From positions 28,724 through 92,723 of the forward strand of contig CAZADH010000001.1 in the NCBI GenBank assembly GCA_964483805.1: DNA of 64,000 nt. The letters run 5' to 3'. Of the stretch, positions 29,057 through 39,616 are shown piece after piece. Source of the DNA: an uncultured bacterium. GTDB taxonomy: Bacteria; Muiribacteriota; Ozemobacteria; Ozemobacterales; Ozemobacteraceae. The position numbers and the translations under genes were made by a program. Every line of letters begins with the position of its first letter. The first letter of the stretch is position 1. Under the pieces are notes generated by a model that was not told the DNA's origin, made no database searches, and saw only the letters and a list, made by a program, of their open reading frames with translations.

Positions 29057-32000
29057 ATGTCTGGTTATCACCGCACGAACCTTGTGGGTGTAATCTGCGG
29101 CTTGTTTCTTGCATCAATGTTCGTTAGCCTCGGGTGCTCGATCGATGGTCGAGGTCGAGGAGGGATCGGAACCGACTTGACCACCACGCATTCGGTCGAC
29201 TCCCATTCCGCGAACGTGTCATTCGCTTTTCAAGTGACTCCCATCGCATCGGGACCGGCCATCCCGGTGCATCCCGCCGTATTCGCGCCCGGCGAGATGA
29301 CCGTGAGTTTTCGGCTGTTGACACTGAACATCGGCAATGTGTTGGCGCCGACCACGGCCACCGAGCAGACCGTGATCGTGCCGTCGAGTGGCCTCGTCAC
29401 CGCGCATTTCGGCGCCGTGCCAATGCGCAGCACCGTCGCCCAGGTCGAGCTGCGGGGTGCCTCGATCGCCTCGTTCTCGCGCTTTCACGGCGCACGCGAC
29501 CTCGGCCCCGGCAGCAATGTCATCACCGTGGCGCCGGTCGGTTCAGGATGGTCGAACGATCTGGCGGCCCATGCCCTCGAGACCGCGGCCCTGTCGCCAG
29601 TTCTGTTCGCGCGGTTGCCGGCATCCGCTGCTGCAGTCGCACTGCAAGTGGCCCTGCAACAGGACCGGTCGCGCGCGAACCTGCAGCAGGAGATGGTGCA
29701 AGCCTTTTCACAGGTTTTGAATCCCCCTCGATGGAGCCTGACCGGTGAGGCCATTCGGAGCGCACAGATTCAGGCTCTTGCTGCCCGAGGACAGATCGCC
29801 AATGACGAAACGACATGGACCGCCGGTGACACGTTCGTGACCCGCATTGCCGGTCAGAACGAGTTGGGCATGTGGTGTAGCTGGAACACCCCCACGGAGT
29901 TTTCGGTCGCGGGAAACATCAAGAATTCGACGGCCGTTGATGCCGGTGTCCGTGCCAGCACCCTGCCGCGCGTGCTCGATTGGCGGAACAAGAACGGCCG
30001 CAACTGGTTGCCCCCAGTGCAGAATCAGTATCCCCACTCGACCGGAGTGGCCTTCGCCTGCTGCAGCGCTCTGGAGACCATGGCCCTGATCGAGGGGAAC
30101 CTGGAAGGCGTCGACCTTTCGGAGTGGCAACTCATTCACGAGGGCCAACCCAACGAGTCGCAACGTCTGACCGGCGGTTGGAGTTTTCGCCCGGCGTGTG
30201 ACCATTTGGCCCAGGTCGGAGTGGTCAGCGACGCTCTGCTGCCCTACCACACGATCCCGCACTTTTCGACACCTTCGCCCGGCGCCCGCGTCTATCGCGC
30301 GGCATCGTATGTTCTGGCGCAGGGTTCCGATGGCATCAAACAGGCTCTGCAAGAGGGACCGGTCCTGGCCGGCATCAGGGTGTTCGAGGACTTCATGCGC
30401 TATACCGGAGGCGTCTACTGGCACGCCGCGGGTCAGGAGGTCGGCTTTCAAAGCATCCTTCTGGTCGGGTATGACGACGACCGGGAGTGTTGGATCGGCC
30501 GCAACTCCTGGTCGATCGACTGGGGCGAGCTGGGCTATTGCCGCATCCGCTACAGTGAGGCGCAGATCGATCGCGGCTATCTCGTGCGCTTCGCATATCA
30601 GATCCCCGCTCCCGCTGCGCCGGCCTCAGTCGCGGTTTCGATCGGCGATCGGGGAGCTCTCATTTCATGGCCGGTCGTTGCCGGCGCCACCAACTACAAC
30701 CTCTACCATGACACGATTCCCGGTCGACCAATTTCGAGCGGGGTCCGCATTTCGAACGTGACGAGTCCATACCGGCTGACAGGATTGACCAATGACGCAA
30801 CGTATTACGTTGTAATTACGTCCGAAAACAGCACCGGAGAGTCTCCCGGCTCGCCCGCGCTGCACGTGACGCCGCGCCCGCCGAGTGTTCTGACCGTGGC
30901 CAGTGCCTCGGCTGTCGCCGGCGATGGAACGGCTACCGTGTCGTGGTCACCGATCCCTGGGGCTGCCAGCTATAACCTCTTCTGGGCCGCAACCCCTGGC
31001 CAGGTCAGGTCTAGCGGCGTGCGGATTGCCGGTGTCGCAAGCCCCTTCACACATACACCGCTGACCAACGGTAACACGTATTACTACCAGGTGACCGCCA
31101 TCGTTAACGGCATTGAGACCGCGCCATCATCTGAGATCAGCGCACGACCGTGGCCGCGCATTCCCGATGCCCCTGGAAACGTGGTGGCCACCGCAGGCAA
31201 TGGTCAGGTTTCCATCGCATGGCCGCCGGTCGCGGAAGCTACGAGTTACAACGTCTACTCCGGATCATCGGCCAATCTCACCCGCCTGAACGGAACGCGG
31301 GTTACAGGAGTTGCGACCCCGTTCATTCATTCGGGAGTTGCGAACGGGTCCCGCCTCTACTACCTGGTCACTGCCGAAAACGCCGCCGGTGAGTCTGTCG
31401 AATCGATAGTCGTTGCGGCGACACCACAGTTGCCTTCGCCAGCAGACGTCAGTCTGGTTCGTGGCTCGACCCAGGTCACTGTCAACTGGTCGGCCGTTCC
31501 CGGTGCACTCGCTTACAATCTTTACTACGGCGAAAGCGCAACGGCACTGCGCACCACGGGCACGATCGTACGCAACGTGCAATCGGGCCGAACCATCACC
31601 GGGCTCGTCAACGGACGTTCGTACTACTTTGTGGTTACGGCCATCGATCAGAACGTCGAGTCGGCTGATTCGGTCATCCAGTCCGATCAACCGATCCTCG
31701 CGCCGGCTACAAACCTTCGCGTGACCGGGAACCGTGGCCGGATCACCCTCACGTGGGATGCGGTCACGGGCATCAACTATGGCGCGAAAGTGTTCTATTC
31801 ACTCGATGGCGGCACATCCTGGAGTCCGACCACGCACCTCGAAGGCACGTTGTCGGGCATCACGCCAGGCTCCGATCGCTCGCTGACCTGGGTCTCGCAT
31901 CAGGATTTCACCGCGCTGCAGACCCAGACCCGGGTTCGCTTGGTCCTTAATGATGGGGCCGTCGATGCCAACCCCATAGACTCGTCCGCATGGTCTGTGG

Positions 32001-34261
32001 ACAATCGGATCTTCGTTGCGGGCGTTGATGCCGTGTCGCCGGACGGCGCGTATCCGCTCGGCAGCACGATCGACATCAAGGTCAGATTCAGCACCATCGT
32101 GCGGGTCACCGGCACTCCTCAGCTCACGCTTGAAACGGGAGCGATCGATCGGACTGCCGCGTTCGCCGGGGGAGACAACACCGATACCTTGCTGTTTCGT
32201 TACACGGTGCAGGCAGGGGACACGACTCCAGATCTCGATTACGCCGGCACCAACGCACTCAACCTCAACGGCGGCACCATCCGCGACGACGTCGGCAATG
32301 CAGCAGCGCTGGCTCTGGCCCCTGTGACGACGTCGGGGTCCCTTGGCAGTGCACGGGCGATCGCCATTGACGGTGTGGTGCCGACTGTCGTTGCCATCAC
32401 CTCGCCAAACAGTAATACAACATATGGATGTAGCCAGACGATCACGCTCAACGTCGCCTTCTCCGAACCCGTCACGCTGGCCGGCAACTCGCTCGGCATC
32501 ACGCTCGACACCGGAGCCGTCGTGACAGTTGCACCGTTTTCCAACGTGGCGGTAGCTACCGCGACGTACCAAATAGCGCCGGGTCAGACCAGCGCTGACC
32601 TCGACACGACCGTCTTGGCACTGACCAACGGCGCGACACTGCGCGATGCCGCCGGCAACAACTGCAGCCTCACGATCCCTGGGGGCGAGTCGCTGAAAGA
32701 ACACAGCAATCTCGCCATCGACGCGGTCTTGCCGGCCGTCGTGTCGATCGTGCGGCAGACGCCGACTGCCGCACGAACCAATGCCGCGACAGTCGTCTGG
32801 CGCGTTACGTTCAATCGCGCACTCGACCTGGCTTCTGTGCAGACGACGGACTTCTCGCTGATCGACACCAGTGGCAGCCTTGCGGGCGAGGCAATCACCG
32901 GCGTGACCCAGATCAACCCGTCGACCTACGATGTCACGGCATCGACCGGAACGTCGGGTGACGGCGATCTTCAACTCAGGGTCCAGGCCTCCGTCGCAAC
33001 GATCGACGACACGGTGGGCAATCACCTGAGCACCGACGGCCCTGTTGGCGAAGGCTTCCGAATCGACAAGAACCCGCCCGCTCTCGTGCGTGCCACGGGC
33101 CTGGATACCGGCCTCGTCGAGATCTGTTTCGATGAACCTGTTACAGCCGGAGCTGATGCCCCGGGTTGTTTCACGATTTCGGGCGCGGGTCAGAGCACCC
33201 TGGCGGCGAACCCGACGTCCGTGACGGTTGTCGGCACCACGACCTATCACTTGAAGTGGTCGGCAGGTTCAATGTTGGCGAGCAGCACGGTTAGCGTGTC
33301 GGTCGCCGCTGGCGTGACCGATCAGTTTGGTCACGTGACCACCGGGGCGATTCATGCCGGCGCACCCACCCCGCTGCTATTCATCGAAACGGTGGCCGTC
33401 GGTGATCCGGGAAACAACTATGATGGCCGGGTGATGGCTGACATGGTGACCTTCTGCGGAAACGTGGCCTACGCCTATCGAATTGGCAAGTTCGAAGTCA
33501 CCAACGAGCAATACTGCGTATTCTTGAATGCCGTCGCCAGGTCCGATTCCTACGGATTGTACTCGACGTCAATGGCCGGTATGCCTTCCGATAATCTTGG
33601 GGGCATCGACCGCTCTGGACCCATGGGTGCATACGTGTATACGACGGTTGCCAATATGGGCAATAAGCCGGTCAACTGGGTGAGCTTCTATGGCGCCAGT
33701 CGCTTTGTGAATTGGTTGCACAACGGCGCACAGATCGGTGGGTCGACGGAAACGGGCGCATACACGATCACCGGCGGGGGCGACAATGCCGGCACGATCG
33801 GTTCCCGCGAGAATGGTGCAAGATACGCATTGCCGACCGAGAACGAATGGTATAAGGCGGCCTTCTACAAGGGTGGCAGCACCAACGCCGGGTACTGGTT
33901 CAGCGCGATGCAGAGCGATGCAGTCGCCACCAAAGCCACGGCCAATGGCACCGGCGACATCTCGAACCCGGGTGCCAATGTTGCCAACTATGCGAACAAT
34001 GCGGTTTGGAACGGCCAGGCAGGTCTCACCACAGTGGGGTCGGCTGGTCCATTGTCTGCAAGCGCCTATGGAACATACGATCAGACCGGCAACGTCACCG
34101 AGTGGTGTGAAACAATGTTAGACGGGGCAAATCACTGCATTCGTGGGTGTAATTACTCCTGGTCATACTGGCCGAACGCTACATACATGAATCGGGGTCC
34201 CTCCGGTGACGACTATCAGTACCGCACTAATGGTCTTCGTATTTTCCGCGCAGCCCAGTGA
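29057..34261 (+). CDS. Giant multidomain lipoprotein, paralog 2 (about 1734 aa), same architecture
   Basis: Lipobox SLGC; ribosome-binding site GGAGA 6 nt upstream; collinear with paralog 1. The catalytic-His region reads GFQSILLVGY, so no His is present there. Confidence 0.8.
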   Translation: MSGYHRTNLVGVICGLFLASMFVSLGCSIDGRGRGGIGTDLTTTHSVDSHSANVSFAFQVTPIASGPAIPVHPAVFAPGEMTVSFRLLTLNIGNVLAPTTATEQTVIVPSSGLVTAHFGAVPMRSTVAQVELRGASIASFSRFHGARDLGPGSNVITVAPVGSGWSNDLAAHALETAALSPVLFARLPASAAAVALQVALQQDRSRANLQQEMVQAFSQVLNPPRWSLTGEAIRSAQIQALAARGQIANDETTWTAGDTFVTRIAGQNELGMWCSWNTPTEFSVAGNIKNSTAVDAGVRASTLPRVLDWRNKNGRNWLPPVQNQYPHSTGVAFACCSALETMALIEGNLEGVDLSEWQLIHEGQPNESQRLTGGWSFRPACDHLAQVGVVSDALLPYHTIPHFSTPSPGARVYRAASYVLAQGSDGIKQALQEGPVLAGIRVFEDFMRYTGGVYWHAAGQEVGFQSILLVGYDDDRECWIGRNSWSIDWGELGYCRIRYSEAQIDRGYLVRFAYQIPAPAAPASVAVSIGDRGALISWPVVAGATNYNLYHDTIPGRPISSGVRISNVTSPYRLTGLTNDATYYVVITSENSTGESPGSPALHVTPRPPSVLTVASASAVAGDGTATVSWSPIPGAASYNLFWAATPGQVRSSGVRIAGVASPFTHTPLTNGNTYYYQVTAIVNGIETAPSSEISARPWPRIPDAPGNVVATAGNGQVSIAWPPVAEATSYNVYSGSSANLTRLNGTRVTGVATPFIHSGVANGSRLYYLVTAENAAGESVESIVVAATPQLPSPADVSLVRGSTQVTVNWSAVPGALAYNLYYGESATALRTTGTIVRNVQSGRTITGLVNGRSYYFVVTAIDQNVESADSVIQSDQPILAPATNLRVTGNRGRITLTWDAVTGINYGAKVFYSLDGGTSWSPTTHLEGTLSGITPGSDRSLTWVSHQDFTALQTQTRVRLVLNDGAVDANPIDSSAWSVDNRIFVAGVDAVSPDGAYPLGSTIDIKVRFSTIVRVTGTPQLTLETGAIDRTAAFAGGDNTDTLLFRYTVQAGDTTPDLDYAGTNALNLNGGTIRDDVGNAAALALAPVTTSGSLGSARAIAIDGVVPTVVAITSPNSNTTYGCSQTITLNVAFSEPVTLAGNSLGITLDTGAVVTVAPFSNVAVATATYQIAPGQTSADLDTTVLALTNGATLRDAAGNNCSLTIPGGESLKEHSNLAIDAVLPAVVSIVRQTPTAARTNAATVVWRVTFNRALDLASVQTTDFSLIDTSGSLAGEAITGVTQINPSTYDVTASTGTSGDGDLQLRVQASVATIDDTVGNHLSTDGPVGEGFRIDKNPPALVRATGLDTGLVEICFDEPVTAGADAPGCFTISGAGQSTLAANPTSVTVVGTTTYHLKWSAGSMLASSTVSVSVAAGVTDQFGHVTTGAIHAGAPTPLLFIETVAVGDPGNNYDGRVMADMVTFCGNVAYAYRIGKFEVTNEQYCVFLNAVARSDSYGLYSTSMAGMPSDNLGGIDRSGPMGAYVYTTVANMGNKPVNWVSFYGASRFVNWLHNGAQIGGSTETGAYTITGGGDNAGTIGSRENGARYALPTENEWYKAAFYKGGSTNAGYWFSAMQSDAVATKATANGTGDISNPGANVANYANNAVWNGQAGLTTVGSAGPLSASAYGTYDQTGNVTEWCETMLDGANHCIRGCNYSWSYWPNATYMNRGPSGDDYQYRTNGLRIFRAAQ

Positions 34262-34323
34262 TTGTTTGTGAACGGGCGGCTTCTTCGGCCTCGAAAGAGT
34301 TCGGGGCGACAGGTGGTGCAAGC

Positions 34324-37300
34324 ATGAGACGTAAATACATCAGACACGTAGCGGCTGCATTCGGCATTCTCTTTGCCGCAGTGGTGGCTTTCGTTGGATG
34401 CTCGGTTAGCCCCGCGGACCGTTCGGGCGTCGGGCCGACCCACCTTGTCCAAGACCTTGCTGCGCCCCAGTCTCAGGTTGCCTTTTCTTTCCAGGTCGAC
34501 GCAACTGCGTCGGCTTCAGTTGCAGGCAGCGTGCGGGCCGCAGGCACATCCGGCATCGTCACTTTTCGGCTGCTGTCGCTCAACATTGGCAATCCGGCCA
34601 ACCCGACGACGGCCACCGAACAGACTGTGTTGATCCCACCGACGGGACTGGTTACTGCGAACTTCTTGGCGGTTCCTGCCAAGACGACGATCGCGCAGGT
34701 TGATATTGTAGGCTCAACGGTTGGATCGTATTCGAGTTTTCATGGGGCCGGAGATCTTCGTCCGGGCCTGAATGTCATCACCGTGGCCCCGTCCGGGTCC
34801 GGTTGGCGCAATGATCTGGCCGCACACATTCTCGAGACGGCCGTCGTGACACCGACCATATTCTCAAAGCTGCCGGCATCGGCAGCGGCAATGGCGTATG
34901 AGATGACCGGCAGCATCAATCGCTCGCTGCCAACTGCCCAGGAGGATGTGGTGCGGGCTTTCACCCGGTTGATCAACCCCCCACGCTGGTCGCTTACTGC
35001 CGAGGCTGTTCGCAGCGCGCAGGCGCAACTTCTTGGCGTGAGTGGGCAGTCGGTCAACGGCGACACCGCGTGGGCTCCTGGCGAGACATTCATCACCGAG
35101 ACGATCAGCCAGGACGAGGTGGCCGGAATGTGTGGCTGGTCCGCGCCGACCGAGTTCTCGGCAAATCTCGCGAGTCCGTCTCTGGAACGGCCCGCGGTGC
35201 GCGGGGCCGCACTGCCGCGCAGTCTCGACTGGCGCAACAAAGACGGTAAGAACTGGTTGACTCCGGTGCGGAATCAGTATCCCTACTCGACGTGTGTCGC
35301 CTTCGCGTGTTGCGGTGCCCTGGAGGCGATGATGAAGATCCAGGCCAATCTCGACGGTGTGGATCTGTCTGAGTGGGCGCTGTTTCGATCCGGCAACGTC
35401 GCCGATCTGGGGGCGCTGTCCAGAGGTTGGGAGTTTCGCGTGGCCTGCGAGCAACTGAGGGTCGGCGGTGTGGTCGGCGAGAGTTATGTGCCGTATCACC
35501 TGATTCCGCGTTTCACTCAACCCCCGACTGGCATTCGGCAATACAAAGCAGACAGCTACGTACTGGTTCAGAGTGTCGATGGCATCAAACAGGCGCTGCA
35601 AAACGGCCCGGTGGTCACGGGAATTCGGGTCTTCGAAGACCTCATGCGTTACACCGGGGGGGTCTATTGGCATGCCACCGGTCGCGAGGTCGGCTTTCAC
35701 GCTATTCTGTTGGTCGGCTACGACGATGACCGGCAGTGTTGGATCGCGAAGAATTCCTGGTCGAGCGGATGGGGCGAGCAGGGTTTTTTCCGGGTGCGCT
35801 ACACCGAGGTCCAGACTGACCGCGGCTATCAGTTGCGGTTTGCCTTCACCTCGCCGGTGCCGACTGCGCCAAGTGGCGTGACCGCAATGCCCGGCGATCG
35901 CGAGGTCGTGGTGTCCTGGGCAGCCGCGGGCGAGGCGACCAGCCACAATCTCTACTACGGCACCGTTTCCGGGGTCCGCCGCGGTACTGGCCTGCGGGTG
36001 CCCGGCGTCGTCAGTCCCCATCGTCTCACCGGGTTGCGCAACGGTACGACCTATTACTTTGTATTGACGTCTGAGAACTCGACCGGCGAGTCCGGCGAGT
36101 CGTCGGAGGTGTCGACAACCCCCCGCGACCCGGCGACGTTGGTGCCATCGGGAGTGACCACCACGCCTGCGGACGGCCAGGTTGCGGTGCAGTGGACGGC
36201 GGTGCCGCAGGCCTCGGGTTACCGCGTATACTGGTCCACGACCCAAGGTGCGGCGAGAACCGGTGGCCAACGATTCGAACCGACGAGCGGGCCGTTCACC
36301 CATACGGGGCTGATCAACGGCAGCACCTATTATTACCAGGTGACCGCCCTCGTCGATGGCGTCGAGACTGCAGCGTCAACTGAGGTCAGCAGTCGACCGT
36401 GGCCGCAGATCCCACTGGCACCCACGGGCGTCTCCGCGACACCCGGCAACGGACAGAACACGATCGTCTGGAACCCGGTCCCCGGTGCAACCTCGTATCG
36501 GCTCTATCACGGCGGGGGCAGCAATATCAATCGGACGGCAGGCACGCGGATCGACAACGCGTCCAGTCCGCACGTTCATACGGGCCTGCCCAACAGTACG
36601 ACAGTGTACTACGTGGTTACGGCGCTCAACTTGGCCGGCGAATCGATCGAGTCGGCGGCAGTTGCCGCCACACCGTTGCTTGCCGTGCCCGGCGATGTTG
36701 CCATCGTTCGCGGTTCCAGTCAGGTGCAGTTGACGTGGTCGGCTGTGCCTGGGGCGTCCACCTACTCGATCTACTATGGCGAGTCGCCGGGTTCTCTCCG
36801 GACGACAGGAACGCCGATCCACAGCGCCCAACCCGGGCAGGTAATCTCCGGGCTCGTCAATGGTCGGACGTATTACTTTACGGTCGTCGCTCGCGACCCG
36901 AACTCTGAATCGGCTGGCTCGTCCGTCATCTCCGACAACCCGGCGCTGGCGATGGCCACCAATCTGCGGGTCACGGGCACCCGGGGACGAATCGTCATGA
37001 CCTGGGACGCAGCAACCGGTGTCAACTACTCGATCAAGGTCTTCTTTTCACTTGACGGCGGCACGACGTGGACACAAACCACACGTCTCGAAGGGACCTC
37101 GTCCGGAATTACGCCAGGCGTCAATCGCTCGGTCACCTGGGTGTCACATCAGGACTTTGCCTCCCTGCAACCCAATGCCCGGGTCCGCCTGGTTCTCAAT
37201 GACGGCACCGGGGACACGGCCCCGGTTGATTCCGGCGTCTTGAACATCGACAACCGGGTCACCGTCGAATCACTCTCTGCCGTGGCTGCCGACGGGCTCT

Positions 37301-39483
37301 ACGGTGCAGGATCGACGATCGATGTCACTGTGCGATTCAGTACTGTCGTTCGCGTCAACGGCACGCCGCAATTGGTGCTTGAAACCGGGTCCCAGGACCG
37401 CAGTGCTACTTACCTGAGCGGCGACAATTCCAATACGCTCGTGTTACGGTACTCCGTGCAACCCGGTGACGTGTCCTCTGACCTCGACTACGCGGGAACG
37501 ACAGCCCTGTCATTGGCCGGCGGAACCATCCGCGACGACGTGGGTAATGATGCCAACCTGCTCCTTCCTTCCCCCGGTGCGGCCGGATCCCTTGGCGCTG
37601 CACGGGCCCTTGTCATCGATGGCGTGGCACCGACAATCCTCTCGCTGACCTCTACCACCAACAATGGTGTCTACATTGAAGGCCAGAGTGTGAACGTAAC
37701 CCTGTCGTTTTCGGAACCGGTCGCTCTGACCGGCGGGTCGATGACCGTCAATCTCGATAGCGGGGGCGCGTGTGAGATCCTGCCTTTCGGCCTGCGTTCG
37801 AGCACTGCGGCGAACTACACGGTCAGCGGTGGTCACGCGAGTTTGGATCTCGACACCCTTTCGGTGGGGCTGGCCGCTGGAGCCAGTCTGCGCGATGCAG
37901 CAGGAAATCAGGGTTTGCTTGGAATTCCAGCAAATCAATCGTTGAAAGATCATCGCGATCTCGTCATCGATGCCATCGCGCCGACAGTCACGAGCATTGT
38001 CCGCCAGAGTGGGGTAGGTTCATTCACCAACGCTGCCGCGGTCAACTGGCGCGTTACGTTCAGCGAGGCCATGGATCCAGCCACCGTGAACAGCAGCGAT
38101 TTCACGATTGTCGACGCAAGTGGCACGATCACTGGGGAGGTGGTCACCGGGGTGACGCAGGTCACCAGTATAGCGTGGGATGTTGCCGCATCGACCGGTT
38201 CATCCGGCGATGGCGATCTACGCCTCGATGTTCTCGGATCAACGGCTTCGCTCAACGATCTCGCGGGACATGCAATCACCTCAGACTATACCGGAGGCGC
38301 GATCTACAGTGTTGATCGCACTGCACCCACGATCACATCTGTCATGCCGTTCGACCGCGGTGCGGTCGACGTGGTATTCAGTGAGCCGATGGGACCGGCC
38401 GCAGCCAGCGTGACCAACTTCACCATCTCAGGTGCGGCCCAGAGCACGTTGGCCGCGAACCCCAGTCAGGTCGACCAGGTTTGCGGAGGTGTCTGCCGTT
38501 TGACCTGGGCGGCGGGCACCATGAACACCAACAGCAGTCTCAACATGTCGGTCACGAATCTCGCCGATCGAGCAGGTAACACACTCACTGGCACCACCGC
38601 ATTCACAGAAACAACCCCACTTCTGTTCATCGACACAGTCCCGGTCGGAGACGCGGGCAACGCGGCCGACAACACTGATTATGGCGCCCTGGGCGCAGTC
38701 GCATACCCGTATCGTATTGGCACCTACGAAGTCACCAATGAGCAATACACGGTGTTTCTCAATGCGGTTGCCCAGACTGATGACCTGCAGCTCTACGCCC
38801 CGGCGATGTCCACCACCACCCCTTCGAACCGCGGCGGGATCGACCGCAGTGGCTCTCCAGGCGCATACTCCTACGCCACCGGGGCAAACTGGGGCAGCAA
38901 ACCAGTCAACCATCTGACCTTTTTTGACGTCGTCCGTTTTGTCAACTGGCTCCACAATGGTGCTCGCGCGGGCGGGAATCTTGAAACCGGAGCGTACTCG
39001 ATTGAAGGATGGTCCGGACCTATTGGCGCAAGGCAACCAGGCGCACGCTTCGCCGTGCCAACTGAAGATGAGTGGTATAAGGCGGCCTACTACAAAGGCG
39101 GAGGGCTAGCGGCGGGTTACTGGACGTTCGCAACAAGGAGCGACACGGCCCCATTTGTCGCGACAACCGACGCTCAGGGGGTCATCTCCAATCCGGGTAC
39201 AAACATCGTGAACTACGACAATGGCGCCTCATGGAACGGACTCACGGGCAATCTATCGACGGTCGGTTCGGCAGGCCCATCGTCGACAAGCTATTATGGC
39301 ACCTACGATCAATCCGGTAACGTCACTGAATTCATCGAGGCCTGGTATATTGAGGGGTCGGCGGTGTATTGCCGGGGCGGTACCTATAGCCAGAACTGGT
39401 ATTATATAGGAAAAGAAGCGGCTCGCGCCCCGGCCGGCGCCTGGTACAACTACGGGTTTCGCATCTGCAGACCATCGCAGTGA
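34324..39483 (+). CDS. Giant multidomain lipoprotein, paralog 3 (about 1719 aa), same architecture
   Basis: Lipobox FVGCS; collinear with paralogs 1 and 2. The catalytic-His region reads GFHAILLVGY. Confidence 0.8.
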   Translation: MRRKYIRHVAAAFGILFAAVVAFVGCSVSPADRSGVGPTHLVQDLAAPQSQVAFSFQVDATASASVAGSVRAAGTSGIVTFRLLSLNIGNPANPTTATEQTVLIPPTGLVTANFLAVPAKTTIAQVDIVGSTVGSYSSFHGAGDLRPGLNVITVAPSGSGWRNDLAAHILETAVVTPTIFSKLPASAAAMAYEMTGSINRSLPTAQEDVVRAFTRLINPPRWSLTAEAVRSAQAQLLGVSGQSVNGDTAWAPGETFITETISQDEVAGMCGWSAPTEFSANLASPSLERPAVRGAALPRSLDWRNKDGKNWLTPVRNQYPYSTCVAFACCGALEAMMKIQANLDGVDLSEWALFRSGNVADLGALSRGWEFRVACEQLRVGGVVGESYVPYHLIPRFTQPPTGIRQYKADSYVLVQSVDGIKQALQNGPVVTGIRVFEDLMRYTGGVYWHATGREVGFHAILLVGYDDDRQCWIAKNSWSSGWGEQGFFRVRYTEVQTDRGYQLRFAFTSPVPTAPSGVTAMPGDREVVVSWAAAGEATSHNLYYGTVSGVRRGTGLRVPGVVSPHRLTGLRNGTTYYFVLTSENSTGESGESSEVSTTPRDPATLVPSGVTTTPADGQVAVQWTAVPQASGYRVYWSTTQGAARTGGQRFEPTSGPFTHTGLINGSTYYYQVTALVDGVETAASTEVSSRPWPQIPLAPTGVSATPGNGQNTIVWNPVPGATSYRLYHGGGSNINRTAGTRIDNASSPHVHTGLPNSTTVYYVVTALNLAGESIESAAVAATPLLAVPGDVAIVRGSSQVQLTWSAVPGASTYSIYYGESPGSLRTTGTPIHSAQPGQVISGLVNGRTYYFTVVARDPNSESAGSSVISDNPALAMATNLRVTGTRGRIVMTWDAATGVNYSIKVFFSLDGGTTWTQTTRLEGTSSGITPGVNRSVTWVSHQDFASLQPNARVRLVLNDGTGDTAPVDSGVLNIDNRVTVESLSAVAADGLYGAGSTIDVTVRFSTVVRVNGTPQLVLETGSQDRSATYLSGDNSNTLVLRYSVQPGDVSSDLDYAGTTALSLAGGTIRDDVGNDANLLLPSPGAAGSLGAARALVIDGVAPTILSLTSTTNNGVYIEGQSVNVTLSFSEPVALTGGSMTVNLDSGGACEILPFGLRSSTAANYTVSGGHASLDLDTLSVGLAAGASLRDAAGNQGLLGIPANQSLKDHRDLVIDAIAPTVTSIVRQSGVGSFTNAAAVNWRVTFSEAMDPATVNSSDFTIVDASGTITGEVVTGVTQVTSIAWDVAASTGSSGDGDLRLDVLGSTASLNDLAGHAITSDYTGGAIYSVDRTAPTITSVMPFDRGAVDVVFSEPMGPAAASVTNFTISGAAQSTLAANPSQVDQVCGGVCRLTWAAGTMNTNSSLNMSVTNLADRAGNTLTGTTAFTETTPLLFIDTVPVGDAGNAADNTDYGALGAVAYPYRIGTYEVTNEQYTVFLNAVAQTDDLQLYAPAMSTTTPSNRGGIDRSGSPGAYSYATGANWGSKPVNHLTFFDVVRFVNWLHNGARAGGNLETGAYSIEGWSGPIGARQPGARFAVPTEDEWYKAAYYKGGGLAAGYWTFATRSDTAPFVATTDAQGVISNPGTNIVNYDNGASWNGLTGNLSTVGSAGPSSTSYYGTYDQSGNVTEFIEAWYIEGSAVYCRGGTYSQNWYYIGKEAARAPAGAWYNYGFRICRPSQ

Positions 39484-39616
39484 ATGATTGCTACATTCGC
39501 TGGCATCATCGAATGCGATACTCGATACAGAGGTTCTTCCGGGGTTCGCAGTGCCCGTGGCGACAATCCTGGCCGGGTGCCAAATCGGGGTCTAATGATC
39601 ATCGTTTCGTTGACGG

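Noticed and set aside
31799-33250. 483-aa minus-strand ORF inside giant lipoprotein gene 2, and a similar one at 34864..36303 inside gene 3
   Set aside because: Both are antisense to strongly supported multidomain genes and have Arg/Gly-rich translations.
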